In this document: positions 1 through 8,922 of the stretch, piece after piece | Position numbering within the stretch: the stretch's first letter is position 1 | How the letters are laid out: the number at the start of each line of letters is the position of its first letter | IMG/VR virus record: IMGVR_UViG_3300037067_018433 | Source: a virus | Lineage: Duplodnaviria; Caudoviricetes | Length of the DNA stretch: 64,000 nt | Strand: one strand, 5' to 3' | Translations under genes and position numbers: made by a program | The notes under the pieces: generated by a model | The model's database searches: none | What the model saw: only the letters and a program-made list of their open reading frames with translations | Told to the model about the DNA's origin: nothing

Positions 1-56
1 CACCGTGGCTGACGGGTGCATTGGGCGCGTTCGGCGCGCAGGGGTAAGGTGATCTG

Positions 57-515
57 ATGATGAATCCGATCGTGATTCAGGCGTGTGCTGAGGAGTTGGA
101 GAAGCAGGCGGACCTGAGCCCCGAGCTCATCGGGCTGCTGCTGGGCGGTGCGGGGGGCGCGGGCCTGGGGTACGCGGCCACCGACGATCCTCGCAAGAAG
201 ACGCGCAACGCCATCCTGGGCGGGTTGGGCGGTGCGCTCGGTGGCGGGATCCTCGGCGGGCAGATCGGTGGCGGCGACGGCCCCGCGGCCCCCGCGGCTC
301 CGAAGCCGCCGGCGGACCCCCTGTCGATGCTGTCGACCGCCCGCGGGGCAACCGCGTCGGCGGAAGACCTGGTGCGGAAGGCGCACGAAGCCGCTCTTCG
401 GCGTGCCGAGGCCCTGCAGCAGGCGTTGGCGGGTGGCGCCCAAGGGGTAGTCGGCGGTGCCGAGGCCCTCGGTCCGGCGCTGGCCGCGCAGGCGACCGGG
501 GTTCCCATCCGCTAG
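57..515 (+). CDS. KxA-motif glycine-zipper protein (putative head-internal/ejected protein)
   Basis: EELEKQA followed by a GxxxG-rich hydrophobic hairpin similar to a segment of 1265..2746. Confidence 0.75.
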   Translation: MMNPIVIQACAEELEKQADLSPELIGLLLGGAGGAGLGYAATDDPRKKTRNAILGGLGGALGGGILGGQIGGGDGPAAPAAPKPPADPLSMLSTARGATASAEDLVRKAHEAALRRAEALQQALAGGAQGVVGGAEALGPALAAQATGVPIR

Positions 516-1268
516 ATGTCGGATACCTCGACCCAGGACCTGAGCCTGTGGCGGCAGTGGGATGCCGGAGGGCGCAAGCCTGACGACATGGAGCCGCTGC
601 TCGACAAGTTCGCGCCCTTGATCGAGAGCCACTACCGACGGTACGCCGGACACGTCAACATCCCGGACGTCGCGATCCGAGCAGACCTCGAGAACAGGTT
701 CGCGCAGGCGGTCAAGACCTACGATCCGACCAAGGGCACGCAGCTGTCGACCCACGTGTGGGGCAACCTCAAGGGGGTCCACCGGTTCGTGGTCCAGCAG
801 CAGAACATGTCCAGGATCCCCGAGAACCAGGCGTCGCGCATTGCGCAGATGACGGCCGCCGTCCACACGCTGCAAGAGGACTTCGGTCGGGTACCGGACA
901 ACGCGGTACTGGCCAGCTACATGAACTGGAGCCCGACGCAGGTGATGCGCCTGCGCAAGTCCATGCGCAAGGACCTGTCGAGCACCCAGTTCCTGGTTCC
1001 GGTGGGTGCGGTCATGCCCTCCCGCTGGGAGGCGATCAAGGCGCTGCTGCCCACCGAGTTGACCCCCAAGCAGCAGTTCGTGTTCAAGCACACGACCGGT
1101 GCGGGCGGCGCACCCATCCTCCAGGCGCAGGCCATCGCCAAGAAGCTGCACATGTCCAATGCCTCCGTCAGCAGGGCGCGAGCGGAGATCGCTGGGATCC
1201 TGGAGCGATACGGCGTGCTCACGCAGGCACCTAATGCGCCGTCCGACCCCGGGACCGAGGTGGATTGA
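516..1268 (+). CDS. Sigma-70-family (group 3/FliA-like) RNA polymerase sigma factor
   Basis: Region 2-like FAQAVKTYDPTKGTQLSTHVW, region 3-like LQEDFGRVPDNAVLASYM, region 4 HTH LTPKQQFVF...QAIAKKLHMSNASVSR. Confidence 0.8.
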   Translation: MSDTSTQDLSLWRQWDAGGRKPDDMEPLLDKFAPLIESHYRRYAGHVNIPDVAIRADLENRFAQAVKTYDPTKGTQLSTHVWGNLKGVHRFVVQQQNMSRIPENQASRIAQMTAAVHTLQEDFGRVPDNAVLASYMNWSPTQVMRLRKSMRKDLSSTQFLVPVGAVMPSRWEAIKALLPTELTPKQQFVFKHTTGAGGAPILQAQAIAKKLHMSNASVSRARAEIAGILERYGVLTQAPNAPSDPGTEVD

Positions 1269-2746
1269 TGGACGCGCCCAAGGTCGACGCGGGTCCCGAC
1301 AAGACCGTGCGGAAGACGGAGGTCGCTGGGATCCCCGTCAACATCGAGCGACCCAAGGGCGTCGTCAAGGTGTTCCCCAAGGGCTACACGCAGCTGTACA
1401 AGGTCGACTACGGATCAACTCCGTTGGCCAAGGGCGTGGATGGAGATCCCCTTGATATCTTCGTGGGCCCGGACAAGTCGTCGAAGACTGTGTTCGTGGT
1501 CGACAAGATGACGGACAAGGATCACTCGGCATTCGACGAGCACAAGGTACTGCTGGGCTTCCGGAGCAAGGGGGACGCACGGGATTGCGTGAAGTTCCAC
1601 TTGTGGGGCACCGACGGGAAGATCAAGCAGATGAGCATCGACAACTTCCTCAAGTCGATCCGAGGGGGAGTGGACAGGTTGGGGAAGCAGGCGGCCGCGT
1701 TGCCGCTGGAGCGTGGTTCCATGATCGACCCATGGCAGGTCGTCGGGTTCATGAGCGTGATGGGCGACGAGAAGACGGCGTTCTCTCTTGCCGACATCCC
1801 GCGCGAGGTCTGGGGTGGGCTGGCGGGCGGCGCGCTCGGGGGTCTTGGTGGATACGGAGCGACCTCCGACCCCCTCAACAAGAAGCGGAACACCGTACTC
1901 GGGGCGCTCGGTGGGGCGGCGGCCGGCGCCGGGCTGGCGCACCTCACGGCCCCCGACGCCAAGCCCGACCCGAAGTTCACCTCTGCCCCCGGTACCGCGT
2001 CTCCGGTCAAGCCAGGGCTCCCGGAGCAAGGCAAGCTGCCCTCTGCCCAGGTGGAGCCCACGCTGCAGCGTTCGGAGGCCGCAGTACGCCAGCAGGCGCA
2101 GCAGCAGATGACCCAGCAGGCGGTCCAGTTCTCGGCGGCCCGCGAGCGCGCCTCCCTGCTCAAGGACCAGGGGCAGGTGATGGCTCGAACCCAGGCGCTG
2201 TTGGCGCCGCGTGAGGCTCCGACCATGCCCAAGGGCGTCCCGCCGCGGAACATGGTCCTTGCTCCCGGCGGCCGGGTGATGTTCCAGCGGGTGGCCAACA
2301 GCGTGGCTCCCGGATCTCTGATGGGCAAGGCGGCGGCGTTGGCGAACGGTGGTGCGAAGCTGGACCTGCTGCGCACGAACCCGAAGCTGGCCCTGGCCAT
2401 CGGCGTGAATCTGCGGAAGCACGCGAGCGGTTGGGGGAGCCTGCTCAAGGGGCTCGGGCTGGTGGCGGGTGTCGGCGCTGCAGGCTACGGCATCCGCGAG
2501 GGGGTCGACTGGCTGGGGCGAAAGGCGGTCGACACCGCCACGCAGGGCGTCAAGGACATTACTGAGGCAATCACGCCGGGGGTCGAGCAGGTTGGCGAGC
2601 AAGGGGCCGATCTTGCGAGGAAGTACGGGCCCGGTCTGTGGGTTGACCAGAAGATGCCGTGGATCCGGGATACGCTTGCCCCTGCCAAGCCCTTGATCAA
2701 TCCCAGCACCCCGATGGGATTGTTCCCGAGCCCGGTGACCCAGTGA
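1265..2746 (+). CDS. Multidomain protein: N-terminal inorganic pyrophosphatase-like domain plus glycine-zipper segments separated by KxA sites
   Basis: IERPKG...DYG...DGDPLDIFVG...FDEHKVLLGF PPase-type motifs; KQA, KTA, KAA and KHA sites. Confidence 0.75.
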   Translation: MMDAPKVDAGPDKTVRKTEVAGIPVNIERPKGVVKVFPKGYTQLYKVDYGSTPLAKGVDGDPLDIFVGPDKSSKTVFVVDKMTDKDHSAFDEHKVLLGFRSKGDARDCVKFHLWGTDGKIKQMSIDNFLKSIRGGVDRLGKQAAALPLERGSMIDPWQVVGFMSVMGDEKTAFSLADIPREVWGGLAGGALGGLGGYGATSDPLNKKRNTVLGALGGAAAGAGLAHLTAPDAKPDPKFTSAPGTASPVKPGLPEQGKLPSAQVEPTLQRSEAAVRQQAQQQMTQQAVQFSAARERASLLKDQGQVMARTQALLAPREAPTMPKGVPPRNMVLAPGGRVMFQRVANSVAPGSLMGKAAALANGGAKLDLLRTNPKLALAIGVNLRKHASGWGSLLKGLGLVAGVGAAGYGIREGVDWLGRKAVDTATQGVKDITEAITPGVEQVGEQGADLARKYGPGLWVDQKMPWIRDTLAPAKPLINPSTPMGLFPSPVTQ

Positions 2747-2967
2747 CAGTCGTCGACCGGCGTCGTGCGCGACGCGACGAGCTGCTCGACCTGCTGTCGG
2801 CGGCGGAAGACGAGTGGGGTTCCAAGCTGGAGGACCAGCTGACCAAGGAAGCGTCGTACTTCCAGAAGATCATCGACAGCAGGACCGGGGCCGGTGCGGC
2901 GACCGGCAGGATTCGCGAGAAGCTGACGGACTTGACCGTGGACAAGATCAGCGCTTTCTTGTCGTGA
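2743..2967 (+). CDS. Small hypothetical protein
   Basis: GTG start overlapping the upstream TGA; contains LTKEAS. Confidence 0.55.
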   Translation: MTVVDRRRARRDELLDLLSAAEDEWGSKLEDQLTKEASYFQKIIDSRTGAGAATGRIREKLTDLTVDKISAFLS

Positions 2968-2972
2968 TCTAA

Positions 2973-4670
2973 ATGCTGATTGCCATTCTCTCACCCTCGG
3001 TCAAGCACGACGGCCTGAAGGCGCCGCCGGCGGATCCCGTCGTGGGCGACGCGTACGTTGTGGCCGCGGGTGGCGAGGGCGCGTGGCTGGGGCTGGACGG
3101 CTCGCTAGTGGAGTGGCGCAGCAACGGCTGGGCGGTGCTCAACGATGGGGCGCTGGAGGCTGGGCGCGCGTTCATAGTGGCGGCAGGCGCCGGCGGCTCG
3201 TTCCTCGGTTACGATCAGCAGATCGCGGTTGTTGTTTCCCTCTGGACATCCAGCTACGCCTACCGGTTCCTCCTGCCGTTCGACGGCAGCGTGGTGTCCT
3301 GCACCCAGAGCCCCACGTACGATGGCTCGCTGTTCGTTTACAGCAACGAGATCGGTGGCTGGTCCAGGCATTCACCTGGCGGCGGTAGTGGGGTCACGGA
3401 TCATGCAGCGCTGCTGAACCTCGACGCGGCACACGCCGGGCACACGGGCTTCGAGTATACGGCGAACAAGGATCAAGCGGGCGGCTACGCGGGGCTGGAT
3501 GGGCAGCGGTACATCGACGGGGACCGGCTGCCCGCGATGAGCACGACGAAGCGCGGGGGAGTCCCGGCGACCGGCACACCCGCCGGTCTGTTTCTGCGCG
3601 ACGACGGGACGTTTGCGTCGGTCGGCGGTGGCGGCGCGCACGCGATCGGTGGGGCGTCCCACGTCGCCGACACCTTGGCCAACTTGAACACCAAGGTCAC
3701 GGACGCGGTCATCGAGTCGACCACGGGGAGCGCCGCCAAGGTTTCAGCACACGTGCTGGAATCCGACCCCCATACCCAGTACCAGTTGGACAGCGAGAGG
3801 GGTCAACCCTCGGGTTACGCCAGCCTCAACACCTTGAGCAAGGTCGAGCAGACCGCGCTGGCCGCGGATACCGCTCCGTGGTCTGGGCTCTCCGGCGTCC
3901 CGTCGACGTTTACGCCATCGGCGCACACCCATGTGGGGGGTGATGTCACCTCCCAGGTCTCGAGCGCGGCTTCAGCGGATGCCGTTCCGTGGACTGGGGT
4001 GAGCGGGAAGCCCTCCACGTTCGATCCTTCGCCCCATACGCATGGGGGCGGTGACATCACGTCCCAGGTCGGATCCGCCGCCGCTGCGGATGCTGTTCCG
4101 TGGACCGGAGTTTCGGGGAAGCCTTCTACCTTCGATCCTTCTCCTCACACTCACGGTGGCGGGGACATCACCTCCCAGGTGTCGTCGGCGGCGTCGGCGG
4201 ACGCTGTTCCATGGACCGGGGTGACGAACCCGCCCGCGACCTACGCGCCGTCCGCGCACGGTCACGCGCAGGCCGACGTCACCAACCTTGTGACCGACCT
4301 CTCGTCAAAAGAGACGCCGTCCGGTGCCCAGTCCAAGGTAGACGCGCACAAGGATCTTACGACCGGCGTGCACGGAGCTGGCGTTTCGACGTTGGCGACG
4401 ACCGCTAACATCGCGACCCACGCCGGGCTGTCCTCCAGCGTTCACGGATTCGACGCGAGCGGTAACGCCCCTCCGCAGTCGCACAACAACGCTGCGCACA
4501 GCGAGAGTTACGCCAAGGACGCCGACCTCTCGACCCACACGGGCCTGACGACGACCGCTCACGGCGGCATTCTCCCGTCGTCTTCGTTCTCGGGGCTAGC
4601 GAAGATCACGGTCGGTACCGTACCGCCGACAAACCCGAGTGTCGGGGACTTATGGATCGATTGCTCATAG
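2973..4670 (+). CDS. Tail fibre-like protein (DUF2793-like N-terminus, HxH repeats)
   Basis: PPADPVVGDAYVVA...AW.G N-terminus, PSxHTH repeats, C-terminal KITVGTVPPTNPSVGDLWID. Confidence 0.75.
   Translation: MLIAILSPSVKHDGLKAPPADPVVGDAYVVAAGGEGAWLGLDGSLVEWRSNGWAVLNDGALEAGRAFIVAAGAGGSFLGYDQQIAVVVSLWTSSYAYRFLLPFDGSVVSCTQSPTYDGSLFVYSNEIGGWSRHSPGGGSGVTDHAALLNLDAAHAGHTGFEYTANKDQAGGYAGLDGQRYIDGDRLPAMSTTKRGGVPATGTPAGLFLRDDGTFASVGGGGAHAIGGASHVADTLANLNTKVTDAVIESTTGSAAKVSAHVLESDPHTQYQLDSERGQPSGYASLNTLSKVEQTALAADTAPWSGLSGVPSTFTPSAHTHVGGDVTSQVSSAASADAVPWTGVSGKPSTFDPSPHTHGGGDITSQVGSAAAADAVPWTGVSGKPSTFDPSPHTHGGGDITSQVSSAASADAVPWTGVTNPPATYAPSAHGHAQADVTNLVTDLSSKETPSGAQSKVDAHKDLTTGVHGAGVSTLATTANIATHAGLSSSVHGFDASGNAPPQSHNNAAHSESYAKDADLSTHTGLTTTAHGGILPSSSFSGLAKITVGTVPPTNPSVGDLWIDCS
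3867..4290 (+). repeat. Intragenic tandem repeat, 111 nt (37 aa) x about 3.8
   Basis: Units begin at 3867, 3978, 4089 and 4200, encoding DAVPWTGVSGKPSTFDPSPHTHGGGDITSQVSSAASA variants. Confidence 0.9.
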
Positions 4671-4682
4671 GTAGGAGGGGCA

Positions 4683-5789
4683 ATGCCTTCGACACACGCT
4701 GCTCGTCTTGACCGCTGGCTAGGGCCGGGGGTGGCCGACCACCTGTCTATGCAGATGCGCAACTGGTACGGACCGCCGATCCCCGTGGCGGGAGTTCCCG
4801 GTGCCGTGTGGGCGCACAAGGGCGGCGACTTCCACGGGCGCATCCGCTCGGGTCAGTTCGTGTCGGGCCTGGATTGGGCGCTCATGCGGCTCAAGCGCGC
4901 GTCGCGCGAGTGGGCGCGCAAGAGTGTATCGCAGGCCAACGCGGGCTTCGCATCCTTGTCCGACCTGATCGCCGAGGCGAGCGCGGGGAAGCGGCGCGAG
5001 TTCTTCTGGAACAAGGTCGGGGCTACTGGCGTCGTTGGCGTGACGAACAGCCTATGGGGGCTCGGCAACCAACCGGCGGCGGGCGCGAATGCCGCCGCGG
5101 CACCGGCGGGTGAGTCGCCGACCAAGGCGACGACCGGCGCGATCAACTTCGACAACGTGTCCCCGGACACCCGTCACGTCGTCTCGGCCTGGGGGCAGGC
5201 GAGCGTCGCCGGGCAAAACCTCTTGCTCTATGACCGCATCTTCCAGGTGAACAAGACGATGGCCTCGACCGCGACCGAGGCCGTGACCGGGATCCCGACG
5301 CGCTACCAGTCGGTCACTCCAGGCGCCGCAGACAGCGCCGAAGGCAACTTCTTGTTCATCGAGGTCGGCGGAACCGCACTTGCCGCCACGGCGCACAACT
5401 GGACCGTCTGCACCTACCTCGATCAAATCAACGGCGCGAGCACGATGCCGTCGCTAGTTGGTAATGCAAGCGCGATCGTGCGGCGTCTCGACCACCCGGC
5501 CTATCAGTGGTTTGCGCCGCTCGCGAACGGCGACACAGGCGTCAAGGCGCTGACCCAGATGCAGTGCAGCGCGAGCGTGGCGACTGGCGTGATCAACTTC
5601 GTGATCGGGCACCCAATCGCCGTGATCCCGGTCCCGATCATCAACCTCGTGTGCCAGCAGGACTACGTCAACACCGCGTTCAACCTCGCGCGCATCTTCG
5701 ATGATGCGGCGCTTGCGCTGTTGGAGTTGATGAAGCCTGCGACGACGGCGACGACCTACAACGCCTCCGTGACCTCTGTGGCCGGATGA
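4683..5789 (+). CDS. Putative virion structural protein
   Basis: SD AGGAGG; A/G/T-rich; tail-gene context. Confidence 0.75.
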   Translation: MPSTHAARLDRWLGPGVADHLSMQMRNWYGPPIPVAGVPGAVWAHKGGDFHGRIRSGQFVSGLDWALMRLKRASREWARKSVSQANAGFASLSDLIAEASAGKRREFFWNKVGATGVVGVTNSLWGLGNQPAAGANAAAAPAGESPTKATTGAINFDNVSPDTRHVVSAWGQASVAGQNLLLYDRIFQVNKTMASTATEAVTGIPTRYQSVTPGAADSAEGNFLFIEVGGTALAATAHNWTVCTYLDQINGASTMPSLVGNASAIVRRLDHPAYQWFAPLANGDTGVKALTQMQCSASVATGVINFVIGHPIAVIPVPIINLVCQQDYVNTAFNLARIFDDAALALLELMKPATTATTYNASVTSVAG

Positions 5790-6055
5790 ACGGCTTTCGG
5801 TTCGTCGGCGGTCGGCTGCGTCGCGACGGCGTCCGGTCCTGGGCCCCGACGCTCACGAGCCACGACCCCAACCCGCCGCTGCCGTTGGAGTCCGGCGGAG
5901 CACCGCCGACCTACTTCGGGATCCTCAAGCGGTGGACGGGTGCAGTGTGGATCAAGGAACCGGACATGCGGTGGTCGGGTGCGGCATGGGTTTCTGCCGT
6001 GACGAAGCGGTGGACCGGGGTCGCCTGGGTCACCGTGGATACGACTGGCGTATAG
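5786..6055 (+). CDS. Small Trp-repeat tail-associated protein
   Basis: ATGA coupling; three (K/M)RW(T/S)GxxW repeats. Confidence 0.7.
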   Translation: MNGFRFVGGRLRRDGVRSWAPTLTSHDPNPPLPLESGGAPPTYFGILKRWTGAVWIKEPDMRWSGAAWVSAVTKRWTGVAWVTVDTTGV

Positions 6056-6058
6056 GGC

Positions 6059-6086
6059 TTGACAATCCCCGTCATTTCAGTAGGCT
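6059..6086 (+). promoter_or_regulatory. Sigma70-like promoter
   Basis: TTGACA-N16-TAGGCT in an intergenic gap. Confidence 0.55.
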
Positions 6087-6118
6087 GAAGGTGCCTGGAC
6101 AGGCGGAAGGAGTTGAAG

Positions 6119-6490
6119 ATGGCCGACGAGAAGACCGATACCACGCCCGCAGCTGCACCGGTGATCGAGGAGAAGTCGGTCCCGGTTCCTGCCCCCGCAC
6201 TCCCCGATACCATCCAGCTGAGCGAGCTCGAGACCCTTCGTCTCGCGTCGAGCAACAACCAGCTCGGCCGGATGGTGGCCGAGACGCGGATGCTGCAGAT
6301 GCAGATCCAGCAGACGTCCGCGCAGGTCAAGCAGTACGACGAGGACATCCAGGCGGCGAGCCAATCGCAGCAGTCCATGCTCGCTGAGGTCGGCGTCGCG
6401 CACGGCGTCGGTCCCGCCATCCGCCGCTACACCATCGATCTCAAGACCGGCGTCTGCTCGTTGAAGAAGGCGCCGCAGCCGAAGGGCTAG
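6119..6490 (+). CDS. Coiled-coil hypothetical protein
   Basis: SD AAGGAG before the ATG at 6119; Q-rich heptads. Confidence 0.7.
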   Translation: MADEKTDTTPAAAPVIEEKSVPVPAPALPDTIQLSELETLRLASSNNQLGRMVAETRMLQMQIQQTSAQVKQYDEDIQAASQSQQSMLAEVGVAHGVGPAIRRYTIDLKTGVCSLKKAPQPKG

Positions 6491-6500
6491 GTGATCGACC

Positions 6501-6641
6501 ATGACGGCACCGCGGCTATCCATCTCGACGCCGCGACCGTCGGTTGTTGCCGTCGGGTCTCCCGCGCCCTCTACAACGCCGCAACCGCCAACGCCCTCGG
6601 CTAGTACGCCGAAGCCGTCGGTCGTGGGGATAGGGTCGTAG
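6501..6641 (+). CDS. 46-aa Pro/Ser/Thr-rich small protein
   Basis: AGGTGA SD; MTAPRLSISTPRPSVV...STPKPSVVGIGS; fills the gap, stop 1 nt before the next ATG. Confidence 0.45.
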   Translation: MTAPRLSISTPRPSVVAVGSPAPSTTPQPPTPSASTPKPSVVGIGS

Positions 6642-6642
6642 C

Positions 6643-7599
6643 ATGCCGGTCACGAACACCGATCTCACCATCCGCATGTTCGTGGACGACATCGCGACGG
6701 TCATCGCCGCGTACAACAGGATCAAGGTCTTCCGGTCCATCGGCAACGAGCTTGGTCCGTGGGAGGAGATCACCGGACCCGCCCTGATTGCGGCGACGCT
6801 GGGTGGCAGCGAGACCGAGCCCTTCCTGCTCAACGGGCTCACGCTCGAGCTCACGGTCGACGGCGTGTCGCCTATCACCGTGGCGTTCGCGGGCGCCGAC
6901 CCGTACACAGCGGCCGCTGCCGCGACGGACATCACCACGGCCCTGGGGGCGTTGGGCACCGCTTCCGACGACGGTACGGGCAAGGTCCGGATGTGGACCA
7001 CGAACACCGGGACCGATGCCAGCTTCGAGATCACCGGGGGCACGGGTTACGCCAACCTCGGTTTCCAGCTCAACCAGTACGACATCGGGGAGGACGCTCG
7101 CATCACGCTGTCGGCCGGCGTGCAGGACTACAGCGAGATCGACCACAACGGGTCGCGCGACTACTGGTACCGGACCCGCTACTACCACACCGGTACCGGT
7201 GCGCAGAGCGAGTACTCCACGGCGTTCCCGGGGGCCACCGTCCTCAAGATGCCGAGCACCGACCTCATCACGGGCACCGTGCATCTGGTGGACCTGCGGG
7301 GCAACGCGCTGCCGCACCAACGCATCTCCATGTACAACCTGTTCGAGCCCAGCATCCGTTCCACGTACGGCGTCTTCGGAATGGAGCACGACTTCTACAC
7401 GGACGAGGACGGGTACGGTGAGTCGGTGTTCGTGCGTGGGGCGCTGGTCGAAGTGACGTTCGAGAACACCAGCGTCAACCGCCGCATCCGCGTGCCGACG
7501 AGCGGCTCCGAGTTCGACATCCTCGACCCGACCCTGGCCCCTGACATTTTTGGGATCTCAAGCCCAACTTACGTGTGGGCTGAGAGGCGGAGTCCCTAA
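6643..7599 (+). CDS. Virion structural protein (beta-rich)
   Basis: Long ORF with strong GC3 bias, coupled to the next gene. Confidence 0.75.
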   Translation: MPVTNTDLTIRMFVDDIATVIAAYNRIKVFRSIGNELGPWEEITGPALIAATLGGSETEPFLLNGLTLELTVDGVSPITVAFAGADPYTAAAAATDITTALGALGTASDDGTGKVRMWTTNTGTDASFEITGGTGYANLGFQLNQYDIGEDARITLSAGVQDYSEIDHNGSRDYWYRTRYYHTGTGAQSEYSTAFPGATVLKMPSTDLITGTVHLVDLRGNALPHQRISMYNLFEPSIRSTYGVFGMEHDFYTDEDGYGESVFVRGALVEVTFENTSVNRRIRVPTSGSEFDILDPTLAPDIFGISSPTYVWAERRSP

Positions 7600-8501
7600 T
7601 GGGCGTCGTAACCGTCCGCGTCTACACGTTGTCCGATGTGCCCCCCGACACGCCCATCGTGGGGTCCACCGTCCGCATCTACGACTCGACGGGAACGACG
7701 TTCATCACCGCGGGCGTGACCAACGCCCTCGGCTACTTTCAGTTCGACGTGATCGGCACCCCCACGCCGGGTACCACGTACCAGGCGCGTTGCAGCAAGA
7801 CAGGGATCGGGTTCACGAGCCCCGAGTTGATCGCGGTACTCGACCCGCTACCGGTCGGCGTCGACAACAACTTCGTGGTGTACGGGACGGTGTTCGTGTT
7901 GCCGGTGGCCACCGACGCCTACTTCTGCCGGTGCAGCGGCTTCTTCATCAACGCCGGCGGCGTGCCGCTCGATGACTTGATGCTGCGCTTCGTCAACATG
8001 TTCGACCCGGTCATCGTCGACAACCGCTGTGTTTCGGGTTCGCTCGAGGTGCGTACCGACGCGCTTGGGTATGCGGTGGTCGACCTCGTGCGGAGCGGCA
8101 AGTACACCGCGCAGCTGGCGGGGTTGCACGACGAGCGGCTCAACATCATCGTTCCTGACCGTACATCGATCAGCTTGATCGACCTCCTGTTCCCCGTGGT
8201 CTACAGCATCACGTTCGACATTCCTGGTCCCTGGACCATGGCTGTCGGATCAAGTGTGGTGCTCACGCCTGCCGTTCTTTCCTCGACGTTCGTCACCATG
8301 GAGGGTACGGCCAACGGAGACGTCGAGTACTCCACGGCCGATTCGTCCGTGGCCTCAATACAGACCGGGGAAGACAGCATCACGATCGTGGGAGTGCGGG
8401 CGGGCTCGACCACTTTGGTCCTGACTCGGCGCGACGACTCGATCATCAGGAACCCCAACCCCGACATCATCGGGACCGGGGTCGCCATCACGGTGGTGTA
8501 G
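7599..8501 (+). CDS. Virion structural protein with C-terminal Ig-like domain
   Basis: VEYSTADSSVASI...ITIVGVRAGSTTL resembles a Big-2 Ig-like motif. Confidence 0.7.
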   Translation: MGVVTVRVYTLSDVPPDTPIVGSTVRIYDSTGTTFITAGVTNALGYFQFDVIGTPTPGTTYQARCSKTGIGFTSPELIAVLDPLPVGVDNNFVVYGTVFVLPVATDAYFCRCSGFFINAGGVPLDDLMLRFVNMFDPVIVDNRCVSGSLEVRTDALGYAVVDLVRSGKYTAQLAGLHDERLNIIVPDRTSISLIDLLFPVVYSITFDIPGPWTMAVGSSVVLTPAVLSSTFVTMEGTANGDVEYSTADSSVASIQTGEDSITIVGVRAGSTTLVLTRRDDSIIRNPNPDIIGTGVAITVV

Positions 8502-8529
8502 ATCCTGATATCGGCGCGCTGGTCAGGCG

Positions 8530-8922
8530 GTGGGTTTGGGCGTCGAGATCCCAAGGGGCGGACTGGACGAGCTTAGCGTCGTGGCATCACGCATGGGGCT
8601 GTCCTATGGCGTGTCCGACGGCGCGTGTGCTCCAGGATCCGTCGAGAGGAACTGGCTCATCGGCACGGTGGCACGTGCGGTAGCCGAGTTCGTCCGCTAC
8701 AAGAACGCCACCAATCCACGGTCGAAGATGGTGTACAAGCGCGCACAGCTCTGGCTGTTCACCACGTACAACGGCAAGGGCCCGCCCCCCGGCAGCTTCG
8801 AGTGGTGCTGCGAGTGGTTGGATGAGGACCCAGAGATCGGTCGAGCACGCGCCCTCAGCCTGGACATAGCAGACCTACCGAAGGTGGACCACTTCAGCAG
8901 TGATCGATCGAGGCGCAAATGA
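8530..8922 (+). CDS. Hypothetical phage protein
   Basis: AQLWLF...GSFEWCCEWLDEDP motif; stop overlaps the next ATG; start uncertain. Confidence 0.6.
   Translation: MGLGVEIPRGGLDELSVVASRMGLSYGVSDGACAPGSVERNWLIGTVARAVAEFVRYKNATNPRSKMVYKRAQLWLFTTYNGKGPPPGSFEWCCEWLDEDPEIGRARALSLDIADLPKVDHFSSDRSRRK

Noticed and set aside
3867-4290. CRISPR array or DGR template/variable repeat
   Set aside because: In-frame coding repeats without spacers; differences are synonymous rather than adenine-specific; no reverse transcriptase in the window
6631-6645. TAGGGT-N6-ATG as another leaderless promoter
   Set aside because: No -35 or TG extension, and a small upstream ORF ending at 6641 explains the start by coupling
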